This document shows positions 28,303 to 37,925 of a stretch of 64,000 nt of DNA, piece by piece. A program made the position numbers and the translations under genes. The DNA is from Candidatus Spongiisociaceae bacterium (lineage in GTDB: Bacteria > Actinomycetota > Acidimicrobiia > Spongiisociales > Spongiisociaceae): the NCBI GenBank assembly GCA_965219685.1, contig CBDCOH010000002.1:1344001-1408000 (forward strand). Direction: 5' to 3'. Under the pieces are notes generated by a model. It was not told the DNA's origin and did not search any database. It saw nothing but the letters and a program-made list of their open reading frames with translations. Numbering within the stretch: the stretch's first letter is position 1; every line of letters starts with the position of its first letter.

Positions 28303-29735
28303 GTTGCCTGCGCCGAGGCCACGAATGTCGAATAGCCGGCCAGCCGGGCCAGCGTTCGAGCCGTGGAGTCGATGTCCGGGAACAGCGGGATGCCTCCGTC
28401 GACCAGCGTCTCCTGCATCTCCTGGATGACCTGGCGGTACTCGGGTCCCGAACGGTAGGACCGCCAGGTTGCGGCCAGGGGTTTGCCGTTCACGTACTCG
28501 GATCCCGACTTGGCGAGGAAGGTTGCCAGCGCGGCTATGCGGTCGGGCGCCACGTCGTACATCCAGTCGATGTGGAAGTACACGACCACCATGTCGAGAT
28601 AGTCCTGCGAACTGAGCACCTCCAGCACGGGCGGCATCTGCGCCGGATCGGTCATGACATCGTGGGCGTCGACCGGGTTGGTGATGATGTTGCCGGCGGC
28701 GGGAATGGTCTTGCGGAGTTCGGTCCGGGCCTCGGTGGAGATCGGCGGAACGTCGAGGCCGGCCCGGCTGCAGGCATCGGCCGCCACCACGCTGCTGCCC
28801 CCTCCGGTCCCGATGATGGCGACTCTGTTGCCTGCAGGGCGCGGGAGCCGTCTCAGGGCGTCGATCGTGTGCGCCATGTCCTGGACCGAATCGACCCGGA
28901 TCGCCCCGCTCTGCGCGAAGAACCCCTGCCAGATGCGGTCATCGCCGGCCAGCGAGCCCGTGTGGGAGGCAGCCGTCCGGCGGGCTGCCCGGCTGGCGCC
29001 CGGCTTCACCATGACGACCGGCTTGTCCGGGGTCGTCCGGGTGACGGCATCGAAGAGCCGGCGGCCGTCGGCGACCCCTTCGAGGTACACGCCGATCGTG
29101 TCCGTTTCGGGGTCCTCCGAGAGGTACTCCACCAGATCCGAGGCATCGACCGTCAGGCCCGTCCCGTAGTTGACCACGGTGCTGAACGAGAGCCCGATCT
29201 GGGAGCCGTATCCGAGGATGCCGTCGGCGAAGCCCCCGCTCTGGGTGAGGATCCCGACCGATCCGATCGCCTCAGGCGCACCGGCCCAGGTGACCAGCCG
29301 GAGCCTCGGCGAGAAGACACCCATACTGTTGGGGCCGATCACCCGGAGACCGCCCTCGACTGCGATCTTCGTGATCTCCTCCTGCAGTGCCTTGCCCTCG
29401 TCCTCACCCGTCTCGCCGAAGCCGGCCGAGAAGATGTGGACGTTGCGATTCCCGGTGGCTACGCAGTCGCGGAGTATCCAGGGAACGATCGGGGCCGAGA
29501 GGCCGATTATCACCAGATCCACCCGCTCCGGAAGGTCGGGGAGGCCGGCGTAGGCCTTGTAGCCGCGGATGACGTCGGCCTTCGGGTTGATCGGGTAGAG
29601 GCGGCCGCGGTAGCCGAACTCGACCAACTGGCCGAACATGTCCACCCAGCTCGCACCCGCTTTCTCGCGTGAGGCGCCGACAACCGCTATCGACTCTGGT
29701 TTGAGCATCGCTTCGAGCCGGGACGGGCGTCGCAT
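28299..29735 (-). CDS. ADP-forming acyl-CoA synthetase, CoA-binding (alpha) subunit
   Basis: PESIAVVGAS, RVIGPNSMG, TQSGG, AASHTGSLAG (phospho-His), NPVD. Confidence 0.92.
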   Translation of the reverse strand: MRRPSRLEAMLKPESIAVVGASREKAGASWVDMFGQLVEFGYRGRLYPINPKADVIRGYKAYAGLPDLPERVDLVIIGLSAPIVPWILRDCVATGNRNVHIFSAGFGETGEDEGKALQEEITKIAVEGGLRVIGPNSMGVFSPRLRLVTWAGAPEAIGSVGILTQSGGFADGILGYGSQIGLSFSTVVNYGTGLTVDASDLVEYLSEDPETDTIGVYLEGVADGRRLFDAVTRTTPDKPVVMVKPGASRAARRTAASHTGSLAGDDRIWQGFFAQSGAIRVDSVQDMAHTIDALRRLPRPAGNRVAIIGTGGGSSVVAADACSRAGLDVPPISTEARTELRKTIPAAGNIITNPVDAHDVMTDPAQMPPVLEVLSSQDYLDMVVVYFHIDWMYDVAPDRIAALATFLAKSGSEYVNGKPLAATWRSYRSGPEYRQVIQEMQETLVDGGIPLFPDIDSTARTLARLAGYSTFVASAQAT

Positions 29736-29831
29736 CTCGTTAACTCCTGGGAATCATGGAGGTTGACGAGTACTTATGGACAAAGGGATAGGGTGACCGC
29801 ATGAGTATGCGGGGCCGGAGGTTGAGGGGGT

Positions 29832-29963
29832 TCACTCGTGAGCGATCTTGTTTCTCAACTGGAGCACCCTGCGAACGATCGCATCGGCGAACAAATCCGC
29901 GCCCCCGCTCGTAGGTCGCCCGCCGCCACGCTCCACATGCTCGTGGGGTGTCCGGGTCTTCAT
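29832..29963 (-). pseudogene. Collapsed HepT/DUF86-like (HEPN) toxin remnant
   Basis: 43-aa ORF with LFADAIVRRV directly followed by LRNKIAHE (Rx4H motif); ATGA-coupled to the upstream ORF. Confidence 0.5.
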
Positions 29964-30169
29964 TGCAATTGCGCGAGGATCACTGCTGTGGAACTCGCGA
30001 TGGCTGCGATGATCGCCCCGAGGGACCACATCTCCCGTTGGAACGCCGCCCGGTCAGACTCGCGCTGAGAGCTGAGGATCGTGAGGAGGGCACCAGCGAT
30101 GTCGGCACGAACTTCTGCCTGCCGGTCCTCGTCCTTCGCGTCCGCAAGAGCCTCAGTAACTTCGCTCAT
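29960..30169 (-). CDS. Small hypothetical protein with C-terminal hydrophobic tail
   Basis: GAGGGG RBS; helical charged N-terminus; WSLGAIIAAIASSTAVILA tail. Confidence 0.5.
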   Translation of the reverse strand: MSEVTEALADAKDEDRQAEVRADIAGALLTILSSQRESDRAAFQREMWSLGAIIAAIASSTAVILAQLQ

Positions 30170-30190
30170 CCCTCGCTCCCCTCTTCGACG

Positions 30191-31063
30191 TTACTCGGAG
30201 AATGCGGAGGATGACAGGCTCTCCTGGAGGGCATAGATGGAGCCGGGCCACGGCCGGGACGGATGGGGCAGCCGCACCGGAACGTCGGCTATCCGCGGCT
30301 CCACGACCGGCTCTCCCCTCAGCAGGCACGCGTTGTACTCGTCCCAGGTACTCCACGTGTCCCAATTGCCGAGGCCGAACAGCGGCCAGGCGTCCGCGGC
30401 CGCCAGTTCGAGGAAAAGCACGCGCCGCGGCCGGTCGGAGGTGTTGGGCGGTGACCCGTGCAACATGCGGATGTGATGGATGGATATCCCGCCTGCCGGG
30501 ACCTCGACCGGCACCGCGTCCGCCGGGTCGAAGTGGTCGCGACCTACCGCGCCTACGAAGTAGCCGTCCTCGTGGTGGTCGTAGACCGGGTGGCGGTGGG
30601 AACCGGGAATCACGAGCAGGGCGCCGTTCTCGGTCGTCGTGTCGTCGATGGCGATTCCCACGGCCAGGAGGTCGTCGTTGGTGTGCGGCATGAAACCCCA
30701 GTCCTGGTGCCACTCCACGACGCTGCCGAAGCCGGCGGACTTCATGTTCAGCTTCTCGCCCGTGAACCGGATGGACGGGCCGATCAGCTGCGCGACCAGG
30801 TCGAGGATGGCGTCGTGATGCAGCATCGACATGTACAGGTCGTGGTGCAGCGAGGGACGCTTGATCCGGCGCACCCGGACGTCGTCGGCCGAGTGGCCGG
30901 GCTCCAGATCGAATCTCTCGTCGCTCTCGGTCATGAACCGGGTGCTCTCGACCAACTCGTCGGTCACCCGTTGCAGCTCGCTGACCTCCGAGGGCGACAG
31001 GACATCCGCGACCGCGACATAGCCGTACTCGTTGTAGAAGTCGATCTGATCCTGGGACAGCAT
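30191..31063 (-). CDS. Phytanoyl-CoA dioxygenase (PhyH) family Fe(II)/2OG enzyme
   Basis: MLSQDQIDFYNEYGY, KLNMK, EWHQDW, VIPGSH, LHGSPPNTSDRPRR. Confidence 0.92.
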   Translation of the reverse strand: MLSQDQIDFYNEYGYVAVADVLSPSEVSELQRVTDELVESTRFMTESDERFDLEPGHSADDVRVRRIKRPSLHHDLYMSMLHHDAILDLVAQLIGPSIRFTGEKLNMKSAGFGSVVEWHQDWGFMPHTNDDLLAVGIAIDDTTTENGALLVIPGSHRHPVYDHHEDGYFVGAVGRDHFDPADAVPVEVPAGGISIHHIRMLHGSPPNTSDRPRRVLFLELAAADAWPLFGLGNWDTWSTWDEYNACLLRGEPVVEPRIADVPVRLPHPSRPWPGSIYALQESLSSSAFSE

Positions 31064-31072
31064 GTTCAGCAA

Positions 31073-31149
31073 GTGGTCTGTCTGTGAAATCGCGGTGTGG
31101 TATGCCGATGGTCGCCCGAGCACACCGAGCTGTTTCGCAGACAGACCAC
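31073..31149 (-). mobile_element. Internally deleted copy of a MITE/REP-like inverted-repeat element
   Basis: Ends GTGGTCTGTCTGTGAAAT ... TTTCGCAGACAGACCAC; reverse complement matches both ends of 45333-45496 and 51443-51605. Confidence 0.75.
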
Positions 31150-32051
31150 TAGGCGCTCAGCTTGTAGAGGCGGGCGGCGGTGCCTCCCATGATCGCGGCC
31201 AGTTCCTCGTCCGGGAACGGTTCGGTGCCCCGTTGCTCGGCGACATCGTTGACCCTCCGGTAGAGCTCCGGGACCGCCGCGAAGTCTCGACCGATCCGGA
31301 TCTTGTCGCTGTTGTCCGATCCGTACATGGCCCGGTCGGTCGCCACGTATGACCTCAGCATGTCCAGGGCGTCATGGAGGGGCTCGGGCGTTCCCCCGGC
31401 GAAGTGACAGAGATCGGCATGGAAGTTGGGATGCTTCGCCACCATCAGTATCCCTTTGGTCACCCAGGGCCAGTTGATGACGACGATGACCTTCAGGTCG
31501 CGGAAGCGCCGTCCGACGCCGTCCAGCAGGAACGGATCGCCCATCTCCAAAGACGCGTTGATGATGGGGGTCCACCCCGTGAAGAAATGCACCGGGATGT
31601 CCAGCTCGATGGCCTTCTCGTACAGCGGGTCCAGGGTGCGGTCGTTCGGAGAGTAGAGCTGGTAGCTGGGGACAAGCTTGAGAGCCCGGAAGTCCAGCTC
31701 CTTCACACACCGTTCCAGTTCCTCGACCGCCCAGGGGATGCCACGCATCGGGTCGATGCATGCAACGCCCTTCAGCCGGTCCGGGTACAGGGCGACCTGG
31801 TCGGCCGTGTAGTCGTTCGGTACGTACACCTCGTACTCGTCGGGATGGTCGGGATGGAACGTGGTGCGCCGGATGTCGCTCCCCTGCACCATCCCGATGT
31901 CGATACCCGAGGCGTCGAGGAGATCGACCATCCACTCACCGTCGGTGTTGCCGTACTCGCCGCCGTACGGCCTGTACAGCTCCTGCATCCACCAGTGCGG
32001 GACCTGCTCCGGCACCTCGGTGAGGTGTAGATGGCAATCTACCGTGACCAT
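31149..32051 (-). CDS. Amidohydrolase_2 family protein, paralogue 2
   Basis: MVTVDCHLH, QGSDIRRTTFHPDHP, VHFFTGWTP, YGSDNSDK. Confidence 0.9.
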   Translation of the reverse strand: MVTVDCHLHLTEVPEQVPHWWMQELYRPYGGEYGNTDGEWMVDLLDASGIDIGMVQGSDIRRTTFHPDHPDEYEVYVPNDYTADQVALYPDRLKGVACIDPMRGIPWAVEELERCVKELDFRALKLVPSYQLYSPNDRTLDPLYEKAIELDIPVHFFTGWTPIINASLEMGDPFLLDGVGRRFRDLKVIVVINWPWVTKGILMVAKHPNFHADLCHFAGGTPEPLHDALDMLRSYVATDRAMYGSDNSDKIRIGRDFAAVPELYRRVNDVAEQRGTEPFPDEELAAIMGGTAARLYKLSA

Positions 32052-32311
32052 TGACTCTCCTGCGTGCGATTAGCGGGCGGTGTGGGATCGGATTCGGGCG
32101 CGATCCAGCGCAGAATAGACGAGACCCGATGTGGTGGACGATGGGAGCGGTTCGTGTACCGCTATGGTGAAGGCCGCATGGGCCGATACACCCGACGCGG
32201 CGGGCAGTCGAGGCGTGAGGAGGCTTGTCGTGGTGCAGACGAACGACGGTCAACCTACGACCATCCTGCTGTCCGGATCGATGTGACAGGCAGTCGAGTC
32301 CTGATCCGCTG

Positions 32312-33079
32312 ATGTCATCAGGAGCGGAGTCGGACGTTTCCCGAGGCTCCATGGTGCTGCTCGGGGCCGTCGGCGTCCTGCTGATGATGGGCGCCTGGGA
32401 ATTGATCGGCAGGCTCGAACTCCTGGGACGGAACTGGCAGCCCCTCTCGGCCGTGGTCGCCGCGTTCTTGGAGAACACTCCGGTCTTCGCCAGGGCTACC
32501 CGTGCCACCACCGTCGACGCGGGTAAGGGATTCGCCGCCGGGATCCTGCTGGGGCTGGGACTCGCGGTGCTGGGGCTGCTCGCACCGGCGCTGAATCGCG
32601 GCATCGGCCGGATGGCGACCCTGGTCAACTCGATCCCGTGGATAGCGCTCGGACCCGTCCTGGTGATGATCGTATCGCAGGAAACGGTGCCGTTCACGTT
32701 CGCCCTGCTGGCCGTCTTCTTCGCCAGCTTCATCGCCATCACCTCGGGTTTCTACCTCGCCCGCCAGGCTCACCACGACCTCCTGACCAGCCTGGGATCG
32801 TCTCGCTGGACCAGATTCCGGCGGCTGCAGCTACCGGTCGCAGTGCCGTCGCTGATCTATGCCGCCAAGCTCGGGGCGCCGGCGGCCATGTTCGGCGTGG
32901 TCTTCGGCGAGTGGTTCGGCTCGTCACGTCCGGGACTCGGCGCCCTGATAGTCACCTCGATGCGGAGCCTCCGCGCGGACCGGCTCTGGGCGGCCGCAGC
33001 CCTCACATCGCTGATCGCCATCGCTGTATTCGCGGCCTTCGCCGCCCTCGAGAGGGCCGCACTCAACAGGTTCCGTTGA
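32312..33079 (+). CDS. NitT/TauT-type ABC transporter permease
   Basis: NSIPWIALGP, SLGSSRWTRFRRLQLPVAVP, GEWFG. Confidence 0.88.
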   Translation: MSSGAESDVSRGSMVLLGAVGVLLMMGAWELIGRLELLGRNWQPLSAVVAAFLENTPVFARATRATTVDAGKGFAAGILLGLGLAVLGLLAPALNRGIGRMATLVNSIPWIALGPVLVMIVSQETVPFTFALLAVFFASFIAITSGFYLARQAHHDLLTSLGSSRWTRFRRLQLPVAVPSLIYAAKLGAPAAMFGVVFGEWFGSSRPGLGALIVTSMRSLRADRLWAAAALTSLIAIAVFAAFAALERAALNRFR

Positions 33080-33915
33080 TGTCGACCGATGGGCCCCCCG
33101 CCGTCAAGGATCCATCGACCCGGACGGGCCACGAACGTGACTCCGATGATTCCCGGCTGCCGGCCGTCCGGTCCATGGCGCGCCGCTTCCTCGTCGCTAT
33201 CTGGCCCTATGCGCTGGTGATCGCCGCCTGGCAGGCCTGGGTGACCCTCGGGGGGGTACACCGGCTCGTGATCCCGCCCCCGGGTTCGGTGGCCTTCGAC
33301 ATCTGGTCGGCCCCGGGCGAGTACTGGTCCTACGGTTGGCGGACCGTCCTGGAAGCCGCCGCCGGCCTTGCCATCGGGACCGCCATCGGCGTGGCCGCCG
33401 CCGTCGCAGTGTGGTTCTCCCGGGTTCTCCGCGGCCTGCTGACGACCTCCATGATCCTGCTCTACTCCGCTCCCATCGTGGCCACGATTCCGATCATGGC
33501 AAAAGTACTGGGCTACACCCCTACCACGGTTCTCGCCATTGCGGCCATCGTCTCGATGTTCCCCACGTTCGTCCTCGTCAACTCCGGTCTCCTGGACTTG
33601 CCGGCGGGTTCGCTGGATGTCTTCCGGAGCCTCGGGGCACCGCGCAAGATGCAACTGCTGAGGCTGGCCCTGCCTGCCGCCATGCCGAACTTCCTGGTCG
33701 CATTCCGCCTCAACGCGGCGGTCGCGTTCATTGCGGCGGTCATCGGTGAGTACCTGACCGGTGTCCGGGGCCTGGGCTGGCTGTTCGCGCTCTCGTTCAG
33801 CCGGTTCGACGTCGACCGCGCCTGGGGTGCGGCGATGGTCATCATCGCTCTGTCCATCCTCTCCTACGCAGCCGCCAGCCGGGTCGAGGAACGGGGTATC
33901 GAACGCTGGACCTGA
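33079..33915 (+). CDS. NitT/TauT-type ABC transporter permease
   Basis: TGATG coupling to the upstream permease; IPPPGSV, FRSLGAPRKMQLLRLALPAAMP. Confidence 0.88.
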   Translation: MSTDGPPAVKDPSTRTGHERDSDDSRLPAVRSMARRFLVAIWPYALVIAAWQAWVTLGGVHRLVIPPPGSVAFDIWSAPGEYWSYGWRTVLEAAAGLAIGTAIGVAAAVAVWFSRVLRGLLTTSMILLYSAPIVATIPIMAKVLGYTPTTVLAIAAIVSMFPTFVLVNSGLLDLPAGSLDVFRSLGAPRKMQLLRLALPAAMPNFLVAFRLNAAVAFIAAVIGEYLTGVRGLGWLFALSFSRFDVDRAWGAAMVIIALSILSYAAASRVEERGIERWT

Positions 33916-34116
33916 TCGGGCACGATCCCGGCAGGTGCTTGGCGAAGACCGACCCGTTCGAGGACGGTTGGAGCGGCATTAGGTGCCGCGTGCCAGCCGC
34001 AGGCCAAGGCCGCTGGTTGGTCGGAGGGCCTTCACCTGTATGATTGTCCGGTCCGCCGGATTGGTTGGCCCCGATCCGCGCTCGGATGGGAGATGGGACT
34101 ACCAGGAGGAGTAGGC

Positions 34117-35292
34117 ATGATTACCCACGGGACACGGGTCAGATGGATGGCGGTGCTTGCGCTCCTCGCGCTCGTAGCGGTCGCCTGCGGAGATGACGAC
34201 ACCGCTGAGACGCAGGCCACCACACAGGCTACGGCCGCCCCGACCACCACCGCGGCCCCGACCACCACGGCGGCGCCGACCACGACCGAAGCCGAGATGA
34301 CCGAGACCACGGCCGCGCCGACCACGACCGAGGCGCCTGCCGAGCCGACCGATATCAGATTGAGGCTCAGTTGGATCGCCGACCCCGGATTCATGGGACT
34401 CTACGAGGCCGTCGAGCAGGGCTTCTTCGATGACGAGAACATCAACGTCACCATCGAGCACGGCGGTCCCAACGTGCCCAACTCGACGCAGGTAGTCGCG
34501 GGTGGGGCAGCCGACATCGGCGTCACCGATCCGTTCTCCCTCGCCCTTGCCATGTCCGAGGGTGCCGACTTCGTCGTGTTCGGGGTCCGTATGCAGTCCG
34601 ACCCAACCGGCATCGGCTCGCTCTGCGACAACCCGATCAACTCCCCTGCCGACATCGCCGGCAAGAAGATCGCAGGCGGCACGACCGACGGATTCCTGAT
34701 CGACGCGTTGCTGACCGCCAACGGGCTGGAGCCCGGCACCTACGAGTTGATCCCCGCCGGTTGGGACATGTCGCCGGTGGTCGACGGAACGGTCGACGGC
34801 ATGCTGATCTGGGTCAACAGCCATCCCCTCCCGCTGAACGCCATGGGCATCTGCAACGTCAGCTGGACCTTCAGCGAGATGGGGCTGCCCGCCTACCAGG
34901 ACCTGTTCTTCACCACGACGGAGTTCATGGCTAACAATCGCGAGGCGATCGTCGGCTTCCTCCGGGCCAACATCAGGGGCTGGGAATACGCCTTCAACGA
35001 CCCTGAGCACGCGATCGACCTGGTGATGAACACGTGGGGTGGCGTCGATCTCGGCCTGGTGCTGGAGGACCAGTTCCCGATCCATGAGGCGCAGATCCCC
35101 CTGATGACCAGCCCCCTCACCGATGAGAAGGGCCTCTTCTGGTTCGATCTCGACCAGATCCAGAACCTCCAGAACGGCTACGTGATGACGGCTACCGGGC
35201 TCCCATCGATTCCGGACGCCGCCGACGTCTACGACATCTCGATTCTCGAGTCTGCCTACGAGGGCTGCGGATCCTCACTGCTGGACTGCTAG
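34117..35292 (+). CDS. ABC substrate-binding lipoprotein, NMT1/THI5 (SsuA-like) family
   Basis: AGGAGGA RBS; lipobox AVAC; APTTT linker; LSWIADPGFMG, HGGPNV, GFLRANIRGW. Confidence 0.88.
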   Translation: MITHGTRVRWMAVLALLALVAVACGDDDTAETQATTQATAAPTTTAAPTTTAAPTTTEAEMTETTAAPTTTEAPAEPTDIRLRLSWIADPGFMGLYEAVEQGFFDDENINVTIEHGGPNVPNSTQVVAGGAADIGVTDPFSLALAMSEGADFVVFGVRMQSDPTGIGSLCDNPINSPADIAGKKIAGGTTDGFLIDALLTANGLEPGTYELIPAGWDMSPVVDGTVDGMLIWVNSHPLPLNAMGICNVSWTFSEMGLPAYQDLFFTTTEFMANNREAIVGFLRANIRGWEYAFNDPEHAIDLVMNTWGGVDLGLVLEDQFPIHEAQIPLMTSPLTDEKGLFWFDLDQIQNLQNGYVMTATGLPSIPDAADVYDISILESAYEGCGSSLLDC

Positions 35293-35318
35293 AAGCGAGT
35301 TCTCCACCAGATAGAAGA

Positions 35319-35357
35319 GCGCTGCCTCTCCTAAAGGAGGGGCAGCGCCTCTTTTTT
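35319..35357 (+). terminator. Rho-independent terminator
   Basis: GCGCTGCCTCTCC-TAAA-GGAGGGGCAGCGC followed by CTCTTTTTT, between convergent genes. Confidence 0.85.
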
Positions 35358-35386
35358 CCTACCCTCCGGCCGCCGCCGGACCGGAT

Positions 35387-36289
35387 CTACAGGCCGAGCT
35401 TGTACAGCTGGTTGGCGGTGCCGCCCATGATGGCCTCCATCTCGTCGTCCGAGATTTCGGCGGTGCCCCGCTTGGCGGCGACCTCGTTCACGGCGTAGAA
35501 CAGCTCTGGGACGGTCGCCACGTTCTTGCCGATCCTGATCTTGTCGTTCCCGTCCGATCCGTACAGGGCGCGGTCGATGCAGCCGAAGTCCTTGATCTTC
35601 AGCAGCGCGTCGTAGAGCTGCTCCGCGCTCCCCCCTCCGAACCACGCCAGGTCCATGTAGAAGTTGGGATGGCGGGCGGCAACGGCGATCCCCTCATCGA
35701 TCCATGGAAACGCCAGGTAGAAAACGACCTTCAGGTTGCGGAGCTCCCTGCCCACGTCGTCCAGCAGGATCGGGTTCGAGTACTTCATGGGAGCGTTGAT
35801 GATCGGCGTCCACCCGGTGAAGAGGTCCACGGGAACGTCGAGTTCGATGCACTTCTCGTAGAAGGGATACACCCGGCGGTCGTTGATGGCGTGGTCGTGG
35901 TAGGCGGTCTTCAGGGCCAGGGCCACGAACCCGTGCTCCTTGATGAAGTACTCGGTCTCGGCGAGGGCGTCCTGCGGATCGCGCAGCGGATCCACCGCCA
36001 CCTGGCCCCGGAGCCGGTCCGGGTGCTTCGCCACCTCCTGGGCGATCCACTCGTTGGGGATGTACACCCCGTGGTCGCCGGGATGGTCCGGATGCGAGGT
36101 GGTGCGCCGGATGTCGCCGCCTTGGACGATCGCGATGTCGATCCCGGCGTCGTCGATCATGTCCACGATGTCCTGGCCGTACCGGGAGACGCCCGTGCCC
36201 CCGTACGGCAGGTACATCTCCTCCATCCACCACTTGGGAACCTGGCTCGGCGTCAGACCGATGTAGTGATGGCAGTCGACGGTGACCAT
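35387..36289 (-). CDS. Amidohydrolase_2 family protein, paralogue 3
   Basis: MVTVDCHHY, QGGDIRRTTSHPDHP, VDLFTGWTP, YGSDGNDK; GAGGAG RBS before ATG 36289. Confidence 0.9.
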   Translation of the reverse strand: MVTVDCHHYIGLTPSQVPKWWMEEMYLPYGGTGVSRYGQDIVDMIDDAGIDIAIVQGGDIRRTTSHPDHPGDHGVYIPNEWIAQEVAKHPDRLRGQVAVDPLRDPQDALAETEYFIKEHGFVALALKTAYHDHAINDRRVYPFYEKCIELDVPVDLFTGWTPIINAPMKYSNPILLDDVGRELRNLKVVFYLAFPWIDEGIAVAARHPNFYMDLAWFGGGSAEQLYDALLKIKDFGCIDRALYGSDGNDKIRIGKNVATVPELFYAVNEVAAKRGTAEISDDEMEAIMGGTANQLYKLGL

Positions 36290-36457
36290 GTGGGTGCTCC
36301 TCGTTCGGATTGCTGAGCTCGCTTGGCGGGGTGGCTCGCTCCGGGACGGTAGTAGCAGCGGATGGCTGGTCAAAAGGTCACGCGTGCTGACGATCGATCC
36401 GCGATCCCTCCGTACTCGATCCGGGATCCCACCAGCAAGGTGGCATAGAATCCCCCT

Positions 36458-36874
36458 ATGCGTACCGGTCTGGATGTCGAGGAATTGGGTGACCTGCTCG
36501 ATCGTCCACTTCTGGCGACGCTCGCGACCTATCGCCGGGATGGCCTCGTCCTGCTGTCGCCCGTGTGGTTCGAATGGCGGGAAGGCGGGTTCAACATCGC
36601 CATCGGCCGCAACGATGTGAAGGCAAGGCATCTCAGGCGTGACCAGCGGGCGTCGGTCGTGGTGGCGGAGGCCGAACCGCCGCTAGGCGGTCTCGAGATA
36701 CGCGGTCGCGCCCGGCTGCTGCCCCAGGATCCCGATGTCGATCGCCGAATCGTCGAGCGTTACATCGGCGCGGCCAAGGCAGACGAGTACCTGGCCACCC
36801 TACCTCCGGGGACGCTCGTCCGGCTCGAGCCCGGCGAGCTCCGGGCCTGGGACTTCGCCGACGAACACCACTGA
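36458..36874 (+). CDS. PPOX-class (pyridoxamine 5'-phosphate oxidase-like, probably F420-binding) protein
   Basis: ATLATYRRDG..LSPVWF, KARHLRRDQRASVVV. Confidence 0.85.
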   Translation: MRTGLDVEELGDLLDRPLLATLATYRRDGLVLLSPVWFEWREGGFNIAIGRNDVKARHLRRDQRASVVVAEAEPPLGGLEIRGRARLLPQDPDVDRRIVERYIGAAKADEYLATLPPGTLVRLEPGELRAWDFADEHH

Positions 36875-36921
36875 ACCGGGGCCGGGATCGGTATCCTGAA
36901 TCGGGCAAGAACGCGAAAAAG

Positions 36922-37002
36922 CGTGACCACCGCAGTGCGGCCAGCAAGGGATACGAGTTCCTCTATCGTCCGGTCGCTCATATCCACAATGGCCACATCC
37001 AC
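36922..37002 (-). pseudogene. 5' stub of an SDR gene
   Basis: DRTIEELVSLAGRTAVVT stops exactly before the expected GxxxGxG. Confidence 0.6.
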
Positions 37003-37049
37003 TCCCCTGGTCCTATACGGATCCGGCGCGTGACCGGCAGAACGCTGCT

Positions 37050-37922
37050 CTACGCGCTGATCCGGAATAGCTCCGCAGCCGTGTCGCCCATGATCCCGGC
37101 CATTTCCTCATCGGTGATCTCGGTTTCCTGGCTGCGGGCGATCTCACGGGCGTCCCGGTAGAGGTCCCTGGCGTCCGAGTTGTCGGAGCCGAACACCACC
37201 CGGTTGATGGCGCCGAGCTCCTTGAGCTTCGAGAGGGCGCCCGCCAGGACCTCGGGACCCCAGGCGGTCCATCCCGCCATCTCGGCGTAGAAGTTGGGGT
37301 GCTTCGCGACGACCGCTACCCCTTCGTCCACCCACGGGTAACCGAGATGCGCGACGATGACCTTCAGATCCCGGTAGCGACGTCCGACGTCGTCCAGCTG
37401 GATCGGGTCCTGGAACTCCATCGCCGAGTTGATGGTGGCTGTCCATCCGGTGTGGATCATCACCGGTAGATTCAGCTCGAGGCACTTCTCGTAGAGCGGG
37501 TCCAGCCGCCGGTCCTTCGGGTTGTAGTGGTGGTAGGTGGGCACGAGCTTCAGCAGCCGGAAGTCCAGTTCCTTGACGCACCTCTCCAACTCGAGCACCG
37601 CCGCCGGGATGTCCCGGAGGGGATCCATCGCCGCCACCCCGTAGAGACGCCCGCCGGATTGGGCGACCTGGCGGGCGACGTAGTCGTTGGAAACGTAGAC
37701 GCGGCGGTCGTGAGGATGATCGGGGTGGTAGGTGGTGCGGCGGATATCCCCACCCTGGATCATGCCGATGTCGAATCCCGTGGCATCCAGGTGCTCGATG
37801 ACCGCAGGACCATCCACGGAACCGACTTCCCATCCCCAAGGCGCGTACATCTCCCGCACCCACCACTCGGGGGCGTGCTCGGGCACCTCGGTTACATGCA
37901 GGTGACAATCGATCGTTACCAC
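37050..37922 (-). CDS. Amidohydrolase_2 family protein, paralogue 4 (canonical metal ligands)
   Basis: IDCHLH, MIHTGW, VAHLGYPW, FGSD. Confidence 0.92.
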   Translation of the reverse strand: MVTIDCHLHVTEVPEHAPEWWVREMYAPWGWEVGSVDGPAVIEHLDATGFDIGMIQGGDIRRTTYHPDHPHDRRVYVSNDYVARQVAQSGGRLYGVAAMDPLRDIPAAVLELERCVKELDFRLLKLVPTYHHYNPKDRRLDPLYEKCLELNLPVMIHTGWTATINSAMEFQDPIQLDDVGRRYRDLKVIVAHLGYPWVDEGVAVVAKHPNFYAEMAGWTAWGPEVLAGALSKLKELGAINRVVFGSDNSDARDLYRDAREIARSQETEITDEEMAGIMGDTAAELFRISA

Positions 37923-37925
37923 TGG

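Noticed and set aside
34228-34340. Short tandem repeats in the SBP genes (also about 49390-49525) as a CRISPR or repeat array
   Set aside because: In-frame codon repeats encoding APTTT/AAPATT lipoprotein linkers; no spacers and no cas genes. No CRISPR array was seen in the window.
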